Assembly (NCBI GenBank): GCA_017467815.1
Contig: JAFUKI010000123.1
Coordinates: 7,990-71,989 of the forward strand
Direction of reading: 5' to 3'
DNA length: 64,000 bases
Source of the DNA: Clostridia bacterium
GTDB taxonomy: Bacteria > Bacillota > Clostridia > Oscillospirales > CAG-272
Shown here: piece after piece, positions 14,672 to 24,609 of the stretch
Layout of the letters: every line of letters starts with the position of its first letter
How positions within the stretch are numbered: position 1 is the stretch's first letter
Notes under the pieces: generated by a model
The model's input: only the letters and a program-made list of their open reading frames with translations
Databases searched by the model: none
Told to the model about the DNA's origin: nothing
Position numbers and translations under genes: made by a program

Positions 14672-15937
14672 TTAATTTTGCACTGTTGTTTCTGCCGCAC
14701 ATCCTGCCAGGGCATCGAAAAATTCTCTGTCGGACATCCGGTGAACCCTGTCCAGAATGGTGATGTGCATATCGTTGGCGCGTTCACGCATATACCGTAC
14801 CGCAAGGTCACCGTCATAACTGCGGTCTTCCGGATCAAAATAGGTGGTGGAAACCAGGATGCGGCGGGCATATTTGTTCCCGAATCTTCCGGCAACCGTG
14901 TGGAGTTTGTACAGCTCGTCGGTTTTGATATCGCCGTTTTTGCAGGAAATAAAATAGGGCAGCACGCCCTGCATCAGCATGACGTCGATCTCGTTCCGGG
15001 TATCCGAACCGTTCCACTCAATGACAACCCCTGCTCCGGCGTCGGTGTAGGGGATCTTTACATTGTCGGCTTTGTAATGGAAAGCGGTCATATAGGTCTT
15101 GTACTCCAGAAGCGTGCCGGATTTGGTGAGACAATCTTTGATATAGGGATTTTTGAAGGTACAGTACTGTCTGCCGCCAAGACGCTGGAAAGAGAGCATT
15201 CCAAAGCTTTCCAGTCTGCTCATGAAGTTTTCATCCATCCCTTTTTCGTGATAGGAATATACGCTGGGGTCTTCTTCCGTCTCACGTACAGAACCGCCCA
15301 GTCGCCCTGTCTGCTGATTCCAGAACCCGCAGTCGGGAATGCACAGTTTCCATAAGCGGTTTATATCCTTATACACGGAATCGGTAAAAGGGAAGCCGTC
15401 AGCAGTGTTGCCGGAAACCATTTCTTCCCGGATTCTGCCGTTGTGGAGAAGGATACCCTCCGCATTGGTCAGCTCGACTTTGTTTTCATCGGAAGTCCCG
15501 TCAATGGGAATCAGGCGGATGTCCCCGGTGCCGTTCAGGGGGATCCGGTAAAGCATACCCTGGCGTGTTTCGGCGCTGATCTGAAAAATATGCGCCCGTT
15601 GGTCGGTCAGACGGAAAACCATCCCCACAGCCACAAGCGCCGCTTCCTCACCGCCGGTGAAATCGAATACATACTCATCCTCACCGAATACCCGACTGCC
15701 GTATTCGATGATATCCTTCAGAATATCCAGAATGCCGGAGAGGTCGTAAGAATCCATAACACGCAGACTCAGGGAGGTCTTCAGTCCCCTTGCACGAAGA
15801 ATTTTCTGGATGGCAGGCAAAGCATCGGACAGCTTTCGTCTGTCGGTTCCGATAAAGACAACCCGTCTGGGACGAAGGGCAAGGGAACCAAGAATATTGG
15901 ACAGGGGCGTTTTATCAAAAAATTCGATCAGTGTCAT
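14672..15937 (-). CDS. CARF-like Rossmann domain fused to a DUF1887/Card1-type PD-(D/E)xK nuclease domain
   Basis: N-terminal FDFTGGEEAALVAVG (D-x-TGG CARF-type loop). C-terminal GTLLEYKTYMTA ... NEIDVMLMQGVLPYFISCKNG ... restriction-endonuclease-like motif. Confidence 0.65.
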   Translation of the reverse strand: MTLIEFFDKTPLSNILGSLALRPRRVVFIGTDRRKLSDALPAIQKILRARGLKTSLSLRVMDSYDLSGILDILKDIIEYGSRVFGEDEYVFDFTGGEEAALVAVGMVFRLTDQRAHIFQISAETRQGMLYRIPLNGTGDIRLIPIDGTSDENKVELTNAEGILLHNGRIREEMVSGNTADGFPFTDSVYKDINRLWKLCIPDCGFWNQQTGRLGGSVRETEEDPSVYSYHEKGMDENFMSRLESFGMLSFQRLGGRQYCTFKNPYIKDCLTKSGTLLEYKTYMTAFHYKADNVKIPYTDAGAGVVIEWNGSDTRNEIDVMLMQGVLPYFISCKNGDIKTDELYKLHTVAGRFGNKYARRILVSTTYFDPEDRSYDGDLAVRYMRERANDMHITILDRVHRMSDREFFDALAGCAAETTVQN

Positions 15938-16052
15938 AATCGTACTCCGTAAAGAAACTCAGGTATAGTATTGCCTTATAGTATAAATTATAGCAAATTT
16001 CCCATACATTTGCAATAGAAAAACTCTCCCGGCGTACGGAAGAGTTTTTTTG

Positions 16053-16781
16053 TCAGAATTCGATTTTGTTTTGGTATCTTGTGGGCAGACCTTCCGCGAA
16101 CAGATGGCTGTCATTGGAGAGGGTCAGAATCATGGGATTCGTATAACCGGAAGGATTGTTGCCGAAGTCGATAACCGTCAGGTCGGAATGGGAAATATCG
16201 AAAGAGGTCCATGCAACGGGGTGGGGAATATCCAGAAGCGCCCCCAGCCAGGTCAGACCGAAACCGTGGTGACAGAATACGGCAATACGCTCGTCGGTGG
16301 GGTTCACAATTTTGTATTTGGCTTCATTCGGATCGTGTTCATAGCCATGTTCAGCTAAAAATGCATCGCTGGCAGCACGGAGACGCTGGCAGGCAGGAAG
16401 GGGATTGATGCCGATTCTCTTGAAATAGTCCGCTTTGTACCATTCCTTGCCCAGCTTTTCCACTTCGGGAGAACGGAGTTCCACAATGCCTTCCTGGGTA
16501 CGGAAGCACCACTCGGCTTTACCGGGTTCATAAACATAAGCAAGCTCGTCCCAGTACAGATCTTCGTTTGCCCATTCCAGAATGCCCATTTCCTTGTCCA
16601 GAAGATCACAGGTGGGCTGGGCGGTAACACGGGCGCGGTTCAGCGGGGAAGAATAGATCTTGTCCACGCCGTAACGTGCCAGACGCTTGGCAAGCGCTGC
16701 TGCCTGCAGAGTACCTCTCGGAGTCAGTTCGTCGTGTTCGTTATATGTAGGGTCACCATGTCGGATGATGTAAAGTAACAT
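16053..16781 (-). CDS. Histidine phosphatase (phosphoglycerate-mutase-like) family protein, paralogue 1
   Basis: MLLYIIRHGDPTYNEHDELTPRG (RHG catalytic motif) and a later VFCHHGF His. Confidence 0.85.
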   Translation of the reverse strand: MLLYIIRHGDPTYNEHDELTPRGTLQAAALAKRLARYGVDKIYSSPLNRARVTAQPTCDLLDKEMGILEWANEDLYWDELAYVYEPGKAEWCFRTQEGIVELRSPEVEKLGKEWYKADYFKRIGINPLPACQRLRAASDAFLAEHGYEHDPNEAKYKIVNPTDERIAVFCHHGFGLTWLGALLDIPHPVAWTSFDISHSDLTVIDFGNNPSGYTNPMILTLSNDSHLFAEGLPTRYQNKIEF

Positions 16782-16851
16782 GATTCAAATCCTTTCAAAA
16801 GTATAGTGGCGTTTTTGTCGGTAAATGATTACTTCTGAAAAAATGCCGATA

Positions 16852-17574
16852 TCAGAAATACAGGTAATTGTTGTAATCCGTGGGCAGGCCTTCTGCGTAA
16901 ATATGGCTGTCATTGGAGTGGGTCAGAAGCGTGGGGACGGTGTATCCGAACTTGTTGTCGGCAAAACGAACCACACTTACGTTGGAATGGGAGATAACGA
17001 GGGTCGTCCATGCGAGGGGCAGGGGAATATCCAGCAGAGTACCGAGCCATGTCAGGCTGAAACCGTAATGACAGGATACGGCAATACGCTTTTCGTTGTG
17101 ATCCAGGATCTTGTAGCGGGAACCTTCATGCTCATAGCCCAGGGATTTCAGGAAGGCATCGCTTTCTTTGAGCAGGTTTTTGCATGCCGGTTCGGGATTG
17201 ACGCCGATTCTCTTGAAATAGTCCGCCTGATACCAATCTTTGCCCATGGCAAGTACTTCGGGAGAGCGCAGTTCCTTTCTGCCTTCGGGAGAACAGAAAC
17301 ACCACTCACCGCGGCCGGGCTCCATTTCATAAGCAAAGGAATTCCAGTAAATATCTTCATTTGTCCATTCCAGAATTTTCATATCTTTTTTCAGGAGATG
17401 GCAGAGGGGTTCCACAGTTTTCTGCGCGCGGGGACGGGGGGAAGAATAGATTTCATCCATACCGTAACGTGCCAGACGCTTGGCAAGAGCTGCGGCTTGA
17501 AGGGTACCTTTTTCGGTCAGTTCATCCTGTTCATTGTATGTGGGATCACCGTGACGAATGATATAAAGTAACAT
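16852..17574 (-). CDS. Histidine phosphatase family protein, paralogue 2 (tandem duplicate)
   Basis: MLLYIIRHGDPTYNEQDELTEKG. Collinear with 16053-16781. Confidence 0.85.
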   Translation of the reverse strand: MLLYIIRHGDPTYNEQDELTEKGTLQAAALAKRLARYGMDEIYSSPRPRAQKTVEPLCHLLKKDMKILEWTNEDIYWNSFAYEMEPGRGEWCFCSPEGRKELRSPEVLAMGKDWYQADYFKRIGVNPEPACKNLLKESDAFLKSLGYEHEGSRYKILDHNEKRIAVSCHYGFSLTWLGTLLDIPLPLAWTTLVISHSNVSVVRFADNKFGYTVPTLLTHSNDSHIYAEGLPTDYNNYLYF

Positions 17575-17665
17575 AAGTTGAGTCCTTTCCGTGAGTTTTC
17601 AATAGTATTATAACAGAAAAATCCGGGGTTTGCAATATATTGAGGGAATAATGGGAGGTTTTTGT

Positions 17666-17699
17666 ATGAAAAAACGTCCCCGGTTAAACGGAGACGTTT
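17666..17699 (-). terminator. Rho-independent terminator of the SNF transporter gene
   Basis: Stem AACGTC(C/T)CCG with one mismatch, followed by TTTTTT on the minus strand. Confidence 0.6.
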
Positions 17700-17720
17700 C
17701 AAAGTCTATTAAATACTGAA

Positions 17721-19082
17721 TTAAATACTGATGATATTCAGACCGTTGAGAACGGAAGAAACCAGAATCAGAATGATGCATACGGGCGCAACGTATTTGA
17801 TGATCACCGCAAACAGCCGCTTGCTCTTGAAAGGACTGGAAATTTCCACTTCATCAATCAGGGACTGGGGCTTGATTACAAAACCTACGAAAATGCAGGT
17901 GAAGAATGCTACGATGGGCATGAGCACGCTGTTGCTGGCAAAGTCGAAGAAGGTGAGAAAATCCATGCCGAACAGGGTGATATCCTTCCAGATGCCGTTG
18001 CCCAGAGAGGAGGGAATACCCAGCAGAACGGAGAAGGCAAATACGATCAGGCAGGAAACCTTGCGTCCGAGCTTGAACTTGTCCATGATGACGGAAACGA
18101 TGGTCTCCATAAGAGAAATGGAGGATGTCAGCGCGGCAAACAGAACCAGCAGGAAGAATACAAATCCGATAATACCGCCGCCGGGGATGTAGTCGAATAC
18201 CTTCGGCAGTGTAACGAACATCAGACCGGGACCCTGACCGAGTGCCGATTCATCACCGCCGGAGAACGCGAATACGCCGGGGATCACCATCATTCCGGCA
18301 AGAAAAGCAATACCGGTGTCGAATAATTCAATATGACGGACGGATCTTTCCAGATCGTCTTCTTTCTTCATGTAGGAACCGTAGGTGATCATGATTCCCA
18401 TTGCCAGGGACATGGAGTAGAACAGCTGACCCATGGCGGCAAGAACCGTCGTTACGGAGAATTTGCTGAAATCGGGGGTGATATAATACAGGACCCCATC
18501 CATAGCACCGGGAATAAACATGGTGTATACGGCGATAAACAAAGTCAGTACCACAAGAATGGGCATCATGATCTTGCTGACCTTTTCAACCCCCTTTTCC
18601 ACGCCGAACATAACCACAATTGCGGTCAGACCGATGTATACAAGGAACCAGATCAGAGGCTCAACGGGTTTGCCGATAAAAGTATCGAAAAAACCGTCAG
18701 CCGCGGCACCGTGACCCTGACCGGTCAGATAAATGGCAAGATACTTGGTTACCCAGCCGCCGATCACGGAATAGTACGGGAGAATGATCGCCGGGATGAC
18801 TGCACCCAAGATACCGATAAAACCGAATCGCTTGTCCAGTTTGGCGTAGGCGCCGATGGTGCTCAGACCCGTTTTTCTGCCCAGTGCAATTTCCGCTATC
18901 ATAAGGGCAAAACCGAAGGTAACGGCGAGAATCAGGTAAACCAGCAGGAAGATCCCGCCGCCGTATTTGGCAGCCAGATAGGGGAAACGCCAGATATTTC
19001 CAAGTCCTACCGCAGATCCGGCAGCAGCAAGCACAAAGCCGATCCGTCCGGTAAAACTGCTTCTTTTTTCACTCATCATCAA
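17721..19082 (-). CDS. Sodium-dependent transporter, SNF (neurotransmitter:sodium symporter) family
   Basis: AAGSAVGLGNIWRFPYLAAKYGGGIFL signature. Multi-TM throughout. Confidence 0.9.
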   Translation of the reverse strand: MMMSEKRSSFTGRIGFVLAAAGSAVGLGNIWRFPYLAAKYGGGIFLLVYLILAVTFGFALMIAEIALGRKTGLSTIGAYAKLDKRFGFIGILGAVIPAIILPYYSVIGGWVTKYLAIYLTGQGHGAAADGFFDTFIGKPVEPLIWFLVYIGLTAIVVMFGVEKGVEKVSKIMMPILVVLTLFIAVYTMFIPGAMDGVLYYITPDFSKFSVTTVLAAMGQLFYSMSLAMGIMITYGSYMKKEDDLERSVRHIELFDTGIAFLAGMMVIPGVFAFSGGDESALGQGPGLMFVTLPKVFDYIPGGGIIGFVFFLLVLFAALTSSISLMETIVSVIMDKFKLGRKVSCLIVFAFSVLLGIPSSLGNGIWKDITLFGMDFLTFFDFASNSVLMPIVAFFTCIFVGFVIKPQSLIDEVEISSPFKSKRLFAVIIKYVAPVCIILILVSSVLNGLNIISI

Positions 19083-19193
19083 AACTCCTTTGCTGTGGAA
19101 TGATCAGATATTGACACATTTACCTTTTATTATAACATAATTGACAGGGGATTACAATGGTCGCGGGAATATTTTCCGGGATTGTCGGAAAAA

Positions 19194-19727
19194 TCAAAGA
19201 TCACAATGTATCTCCCCGATATCCGGCAGAACATCCGGCAGATGCTCTGAACAAAGGTAAACACTGTATCCCCCCGCAAAAGGAATCCTTTGCAGAGGGA
19301 CGGGCGGATGAAAAACGGAAAAACCGGCAAGATTCCGTGTGATGCCTTCCCCGGTGTATTTTACATAACTTTCCTTGGCGCACCAGATATCGTAAAAAAC
19401 ATCGCTTTTCTCTCCGTTTTTCTGCCAGAAGGCGATTTCTTCCGGATGAAAATACCGCTTGGCAAGGGAGAGCGTACAGGGCCCTTTGTGCTGCTGTATG
19501 TCCAGTCCCAGCGGATGGTCATCCAGGGCGATGATCCAGAAAGTGCCGCTGTGGGAAAGGGAAAAGTGAACGTCCGGTGCAGAAGAAACAGGGGGAATGG
19601 CGAATGGCTTGCCCAATGGTTCTGTGCCGATCTTCCAGTTGTCGATCCCGGTATACCGGAACAGTGCTTTATGCAGAAGGAGGCGGGATTGCTTACGATC
19701 CGTCATCTGTGCGGTATACAGTTTCAT
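19194..19727 (-). CDS. 4'-phosphopantetheinyl transferase, Sfp type
   Basis: FSLSHSG...LGLDIQ and WCAKESYVKYTGEGI motifs. Confidence 0.85.
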   Translation of the reverse strand: MKLYTAQMTDRKQSRLLLHKALFRYTGIDNWKIGTEPLGKPFAIPPVSSAPDVHFSLSHSGTFWIIALDDHPLGLDIQQHKGPCTLSLAKRYFHPEEIAFWQKNGEKSDVFYDIWCAKESYVKYTGEGITRNLAGFSVFHPPVPLQRIPFAGGYSVYLCSEHLPDVLPDIGEIHCDL

Positions 19728-20455
19728 GATTCCCCCCTGCGGAGATGGATGAACACGGCTTCCGTGGGATTGCCGAGCCGTGGAATCGGGAAAACGGTAT
19801 TGGCAAGTCCTCTGCCTACGATCAGACGGTTCTCATGCATACCGGATGCATATTTCGGAAACAACCCCTGACCGGGGGCATAAATATCCTTGCCGAATAT
19901 CCGCCACTGACCGCCGTGCGCATGACCGGAAACGATCAACTCCACGCCGGTGGAACGGATGTATGCCGGATAATGCTCAGGATGATGGGACAGAAGCAGA
20001 TGAAATCCCTGTTCATTCGCAAACCGGGACAAAAATTCCAGATTGGGCGAGGGCGTTTTTTCGGCATGGTGCTTTTCATAAGGGAGGGGGGAAGTCAGTC
20101 CGCCGATGCACAATCCGTGGGCGTGAAGAAAAGCATTGTCCAGCAAAGTGATGCCGGCTTCCTTCAGCAGAGTGCGGTTTTCTTCCGACATACCGCCTTC
20201 GTGGTTGCCGATGGAATAATACACAGGGGCAATTGCAGTCAGCGCGGAAAGAAAGGCAAATCCCGGTTGGTTGAAGGGGGCAGTGACGGAATGGTTTGCG
20301 GTGTTTTCCATGATATCACCGGGAACAGCAATGATGTCCGGCTTTTCTTCCCCAACCCGTTCCAGAACCTCTTTGTACGGGTAACAGTGCAGATCGGAGA
20401 CAAGAGCAATGTTCAGATTCAGCGGGGCATTTACCGTATAATGTGTGCTTCTCAT
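19724..20455 (-). CDS. Metallophosphoesterase
   Basis: VSDLHC, VPGDIMEN, GNHEG and SGHAHGGQ motifs. 4-nt overlaps with both neighbours. Confidence 0.85.
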   Translation of the reverse strand: MRSTHYTVNAPLNLNIALVSDLHCYPYKEVLERVGEEKPDIIAVPGDIMENTANHSVTAPFNQPGFAFLSALTAIAPVYYSIGNHEGGMSEENRTLLKEAGITLLDNAFLHAHGLCIGGLTSPLPYEKHHAEKTPSPNLEFLSRFANEQGFHLLLSHHPEHYPAYIRSTGVELIVSGHAHGGQWRIFGKDIYAPGQGLFPKYASGMHENRLIVGRGLANTVFPIPRLGNPTEAVFIHLRRGES

Positions 20456-21123
20456 ACCGACTCCTTTCTGTGAACGATGGCATCATACAGCTCCGACGTA
20501 GTATCCGCCAGTACTGCAGCACCGCTTTGAAGTAAGACGTCCTTCTCCCTGAACCCCCAGGTGACACCGATGCAGTCGATCCCGGCATTTTTGGCTGTGG
20601 ATACATCCACTTCGGAATCTCCCACATAAACGCATTCTTCGGGAGATACGCCGATTTCCTTCATGATGGCGTACACCATATCCGGTGCAGGCTTTTTCCG
20701 GATGCCGCAGGACTCTCTTTCCCCGGCGGCATAGGGGATTTGCGGGAAATAAGTCCGTACCAGATCCACCACCGCATCGTGGAATTTGTTGGACACCACT
20801 GCCATGTGATAGCCTTCAGCGGACAGTTTTTCCAGAAGCTCCGGGATTCCGGTGTAAGGTCTTGTTTTGTTCCGGGATATTTTGGCATATTCGGTCCGGA
20901 AGGTATCCAGACAGTCGGCAAACAGCGGGTTGTTCTTGCCGTCCGGTACCATCAGTTCCATCAGCCGCATCACACCGTTGCCTACAGCCAGCCGGACTTC
21001 CTCAATGGTTTTGGCAGGCATCCCATAAGCGGCAAGGGCAATGTTCACCCCATCCGCCAGATCTTCCAGTGTATCCAGCAGGGTACCGTCCAGATCGAAA
21101 ATTACGGTTGTATATTCAGTCAT
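20452..21123 (-). CDS. HAD-family hydrolase (phosphoglycolate-phosphatase-like)
   Basis: VIFDLDGTLLDT motif I, VSNK and VGDSEVD motifs. Confidence 0.85.
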   Translation of the reverse strand: MTEYTTVIFDLDGTLLDTLEDLADGVNIALAAYGMPAKTIEEVRLAVGNGVMRLMELMVPDGKNNPLFADCLDTFRTEYAKISRNKTRPYTGIPELLEKLSAEGYHMAVVSNKFHDAVVDLVRTYFPQIPYAAGERESCGIRKKPAPDMVYAIMKEIGVSPEECVYVGDSEVDVSTAKNAGIDCIGVTWGFREKDVLLQSGAAVLADTTSELYDAIVHRKESV

Positions 21124-21295
21124 ATTTTACCTCGGTTTGTTTTTTTATTATTATACCCTATCCGGATACGGATGTCAAATAGCACGGATAAAAAAGAGAG
21201 TTTTCGGGAAAATCCATCCAGTATCGTCTTGCACACGGAAAAAAACTGTGCTATAATAAAGTCGAATCCATAACCGTTAAGGAGAATTCTGTACC

Positions 21296-23080
21296 ATGGG
21301 ATTTACAACCATAGAACATAATGTGGATCTCTGTGTAGTCGGCGGCGGGCTTGCCGGTATGTGTGCCGCTATTGCCGCTGCCAGAGGGGGATCCAAAGTA
21401 GCTTTGATACAGGACAGACCGGTGCTTGGGGGGAATGCGTCTTCCGAGATCCGGATGTGGATCAGCGGCGCCGGGGATAACAACAATAGAGAAACCGGCA
21501 TCGTAGAAGAAATCATCCTTACCTCCCTGTACCGGAATCCCGATAAGATTTATGCGATCTGGGACGGAATTTTATACGAAAAGGTAAAGATGGAACCCAA
21601 TATCTCGCTGCTGCTGAACTGTTCCGTCTGTCAGGCTGAGATGAATGGCAAGCGTATTCAAAGTGTGACGGGATGGCAGACAACCACACAGCGCTGGCAG
21701 AAGGTATATGCACCTTTGTTTGCCGACTGTTCCGGTGACAGCGTACTTGCGCCTCTGACCGGTGCGGATTTCCGTATCGGAAGGGAAGCCAGAGAGGAAT
21801 TCAATGAGAAAACCTCCCAGGAAACTGCGGATCTGCAGACAATGGGTATGAGTTGTCTGATCCAGATGCGGAAAAGTGACCGTAAAAGCACCTATATCCC
21901 GCCGGAATGGGCAGTGAAAATGACCCCGGAAGTGATTCAGTTCCGAAAACCGAATATGCGTGAGAGTTCCGAAAACTTCTGGTATCTGGAACTGGGCGGA
22001 AACAGAGATTCCATCGGAGATACGGAAGAAATACGCGACGAACTGATTGCCCTTGCCTACGGTATGGTGGATCACATCAAAAACAGCGGCGAGGTTCCCG
22101 ACGGTGATTACTGGGCACTGGATTTTCTGGGCTTTTTACCCGGTAAAAGAGAATCGCGCCGTATGGTGGGACCGTATATCATGACCCAGGGCGATGTGCT
22201 GTCCGGTGGTATCTTTGAAGATACGGTGGCATATGGGGGATGGCCGCTGGATGATCACCACCCGGACGGATTCTACCATTTGGGCAATCCCAACGTATGG
22301 GGACAAACACCCGCACCTTACGGAATCCCGTACCGGTGCTTGTATTCCGTGAATATTGACAATCTGTTCTTCGCAGGACGGAATATCTCCATGACCCATG
22401 CGGCAATGAGCAGTGCCAGAGTTATGGCAACCTGTGCGCTGCTGGGCGAAGCGGTGGGATGCGCTGCCAATATTGCAAGAGAGTATGTGCTGTCTCCCCA
22501 GGGTGTATACGATTCTAAGCTGAAACTGCTCCAGGAACGGCTGATGGAACAGGGATGCTTCCTGCCGGGAATGAGCAGAACGGTTTCCGAAGTCACACAG
22601 AATGCCGTTCTTACTGCGGAAGGCGCTGAAAACATCGACAATCTTCGCAACGGCAGGGACCGCAACAACAGAACCTACGGAGAAACGGAAAACGGAACTG
22701 TTCTGGTGCTGGGGAATGCAGTGGAATACACCTTTGCCGAACCGGTACAGCTGTCATCCGTTCATCTTGCCATGGACTCCGATCTGTCCCGTAAAACTCT
22801 GCCCGGCGATTGGATCGAACGGGGGCGGGTCATGCGCGCCAATGTTCTGCCCGACAGTCCCACAATGACTATGCCGAAAACATTGCTCAGATCCTACCGC
22901 ATCGAAGGCATTGACGAAGCCGGTGAGACGGTGGTTATTGCGGACGTACAGACCAATCTGCTCCAGTGCGTGAACCATCCCGTGTGCGGCAAGTTCCGTG
23001 CGGTAAAGCTGATTCCGTTGACCACATGGAACGACGAATCGACAGAAAAGGTACACATTTTCTCCTTTGATGTAAAATGA
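21296..23080 (+). CDS. FAD-dependent oxidoreductase
   Basis: DLCVVGGGLAGMCAAIAAARGG dinucleotide-binding motif followed by LIQDRPVLGGN. Confidence 0.75.
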   Translation: MGFTTIEHNVDLCVVGGGLAGMCAAIAAARGGSKVALIQDRPVLGGNASSEIRMWISGAGDNNNRETGIVEEIILTSLYRNPDKIYAIWDGILYEKVKMEPNISLLLNCSVCQAEMNGKRIQSVTGWQTTTQRWQKVYAPLFADCSGDSVLAPLTGADFRIGREAREEFNEKTSQETADLQTMGMSCLIQMRKSDRKSTYIPPEWAVKMTPEVIQFRKPNMRESSENFWYLELGGNRDSIGDTEEIRDELIALAYGMVDHIKNSGEVPDGDYWALDFLGFLPGKRESRRMVGPYIMTQGDVLSGGIFEDTVAYGGWPLDDHHPDGFYHLGNPNVWGQTPAPYGIPYRCLYSVNIDNLFFAGRNISMTHAAMSSARVMATCALLGEAVGCAANIAREYVLSPQGVYDSKLKLLQERLMEQGCFLPGMSRTVSEVTQNAVLTAEGAENIDNLRNGRDRNNRTYGETENGTVLVLGNAVEYTFAEPVQLSSVHLAMDSDLSRKTLPGDWIERGRVMRANVLPDSPTMTMPKTLLRSYRIEGIDEAGETVVIADVQTNLLQCVNHPVCGKFRAVKLIPLTTWNDESTEKVHIFSFDVK

Positions 23081-23175
23081 ACGTAAAAAAAGACTGACAT
23101 TACCCGTGTGCCGATAAGACAGTAATTCCGTAAAAATCATAATTTTACGGCATCTGTCTTACAGGATTGGACAAC

Positions 23176-23218
23176 AAAACAGACGATATTCAACTTCGGT
23201 TGCGTGTCGTCTGTTTTT
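23176..23218 (+). terminator. Rho-independent terminator
   Basis: 11-bp stem AAAACAGACGA/TCGTCTGTTTT running into a T-run. Confidence 0.7.
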
Positions 23219-23345
23219 GTGCGTTTAAGGGTTGAAAATCGCTTGTTTTCTGCTCTGTGATGCGTTGTTCAAAGATAAGGATATCAGATCACCTATCCGT
23301 GTGAATTGATGTAGAAATGTAATAATAACCTATTTGTAAATTTCT

Positions 23346-23395
23346 ATTTACCATTTTTGAAAATCTATTGAAAATGGTAAAAGATTGTGGTATAA
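23346..23395 (+). promoter_or_regulatory. Sigma-A promoter TTGAAA-17-TGgTATAAT (23367-23395) overlapped by an 11-bp inverted repeat TTTACCATTTT/AAAATGGTAAA (23346-23380)
   Basis: Read directly. The right arm of the inverted repeat covers the -35. Confidence 0.55.
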
Positions 23396-23418
23396 TACAT
23401 ACTGTGAGGTGATATGCC

Positions 23419-24609
23419 ATGAAACTTATTACTCGAAATCAATATTTAGAAAAACTTATCAATGTAATCGGAACTCCGGATATTAAAGTCATCACTGGTG
23501 TTCGTCGTAGCGGAAAATCCAAGCTACTTGAAGCATTTAAGAACCATATCGAACAGAACGTACCCGATCACAACATCATTCAAATCAACTTCAACTTGCC
23601 GGAGTTTGACCATCTGCTTGAATACAGACCTTTATACGACTATATCAATTCTCAGTATGTGGCTGGCAAAGAGAGCTTTGTTTTGATTGATGAAGTCCAG
23701 ATGTGTAACGACTTCGAGAAAGCAATCAATGGTCTGCACGCATCCGAAAAATTCGATATCTATATTACAGGCTCAAATGCTTTTCTTTTGAGTTCTGACC
23801 TTGCTACGCTGTTTACAGGAAGAACATTTGAAATCAAGGTATTCCCGTTCTCGTTCAGCGAATATATGCAGTATTTTGGTTACAGCGACAAGTATACTGC
23901 TGTTGACAAGTATATGATTGAGGGCGGCATGGCTGGCTCCTATCTCTATAAAGATCAAGAAGCCAAGTATGATTACATTGCCGACGTTTTCAATACGTTG
24001 ATTGTTCGTGATATTCGCAAGAAATATAAAATCCGCAATATGCAGTTGATGGATAGACTTGTGGATTTCCTTATGGACAATATCTCTAATTTGACCTCTG
24101 CACGAAATATTACAAACACATTCAGCGGCTTAAAGGAAAAGGTCAACCACGTTACCATCAGCTCTTATATTCAGTATTTGTGCAATGCCTTTGCCTTTTA
24201 CAAAGTTCGTAGATATGACATTAAAGGCAAAAAATATCTTTCAATCAATGACAAGTATTATCTGAGCGACCATACTTTCCGATATGCCAAGCTCGGTACG
24301 AAAAATATGGACTACGGCAGAATACTTGAAAATGTTGTTGCAATCGAACTGCTCCGCAGAGGGTATGAGGTCTATGTCGGTGTACTCTACAAGAAAGAGA
24401 TTGATTTTGTTGCCATCAAGCGCAACGAAAAGATTTATATACAGGTATCCGACAATATCAGCGATGAAAAAACTTTTGAACGCGAGGTTTCGCCATTACT
24501 TCAAATCAAGGATGCTTACCCCAAGATGGTAATTGCCCGCACTCGACACGATGAATATCAGTACGAGGGTGTAAGGATTGTTGATATTGCGGATTGGCTG
24601 TTGAAATAA
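23419..24609 (+). CDS. AAA-type ATPase with a DUF4143-like C-terminal domain
   Basis: Walker A GVRRSGKSKLL, Walker B VLIDEVQ, and the typical size and layout of the family. Confidence 0.75.
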   Translation: MKLITRNQYLEKLINVIGTPDIKVITGVRRSGKSKLLEAFKNHIEQNVPDHNIIQINFNLPEFDHLLEYRPLYDYINSQYVAGKESFVLIDEVQMCNDFEKAINGLHASEKFDIYITGSNAFLLSSDLATLFTGRTFEIKVFPFSFSEYMQYFGYSDKYTAVDKYMIEGGMAGSYLYKDQEAKYDYIADVFNTLIVRDIRKKYKIRNMQLMDRLVDFLMDNISNLTSARNITNTFSGLKEKVNHVTISSYIQYLCNAFAFYKVRRYDIKGKKYLSINDKYYLSDHTFRYAKLGTKNMDYGRILENVVAIELLRRGYEVYVGVLYKKEIDFVAIKRNEKIYIQVSDNISDEKTFEREVSPLLQIKDAYPKMVIARTRHDEYQYEGVRIVDIADWLLK

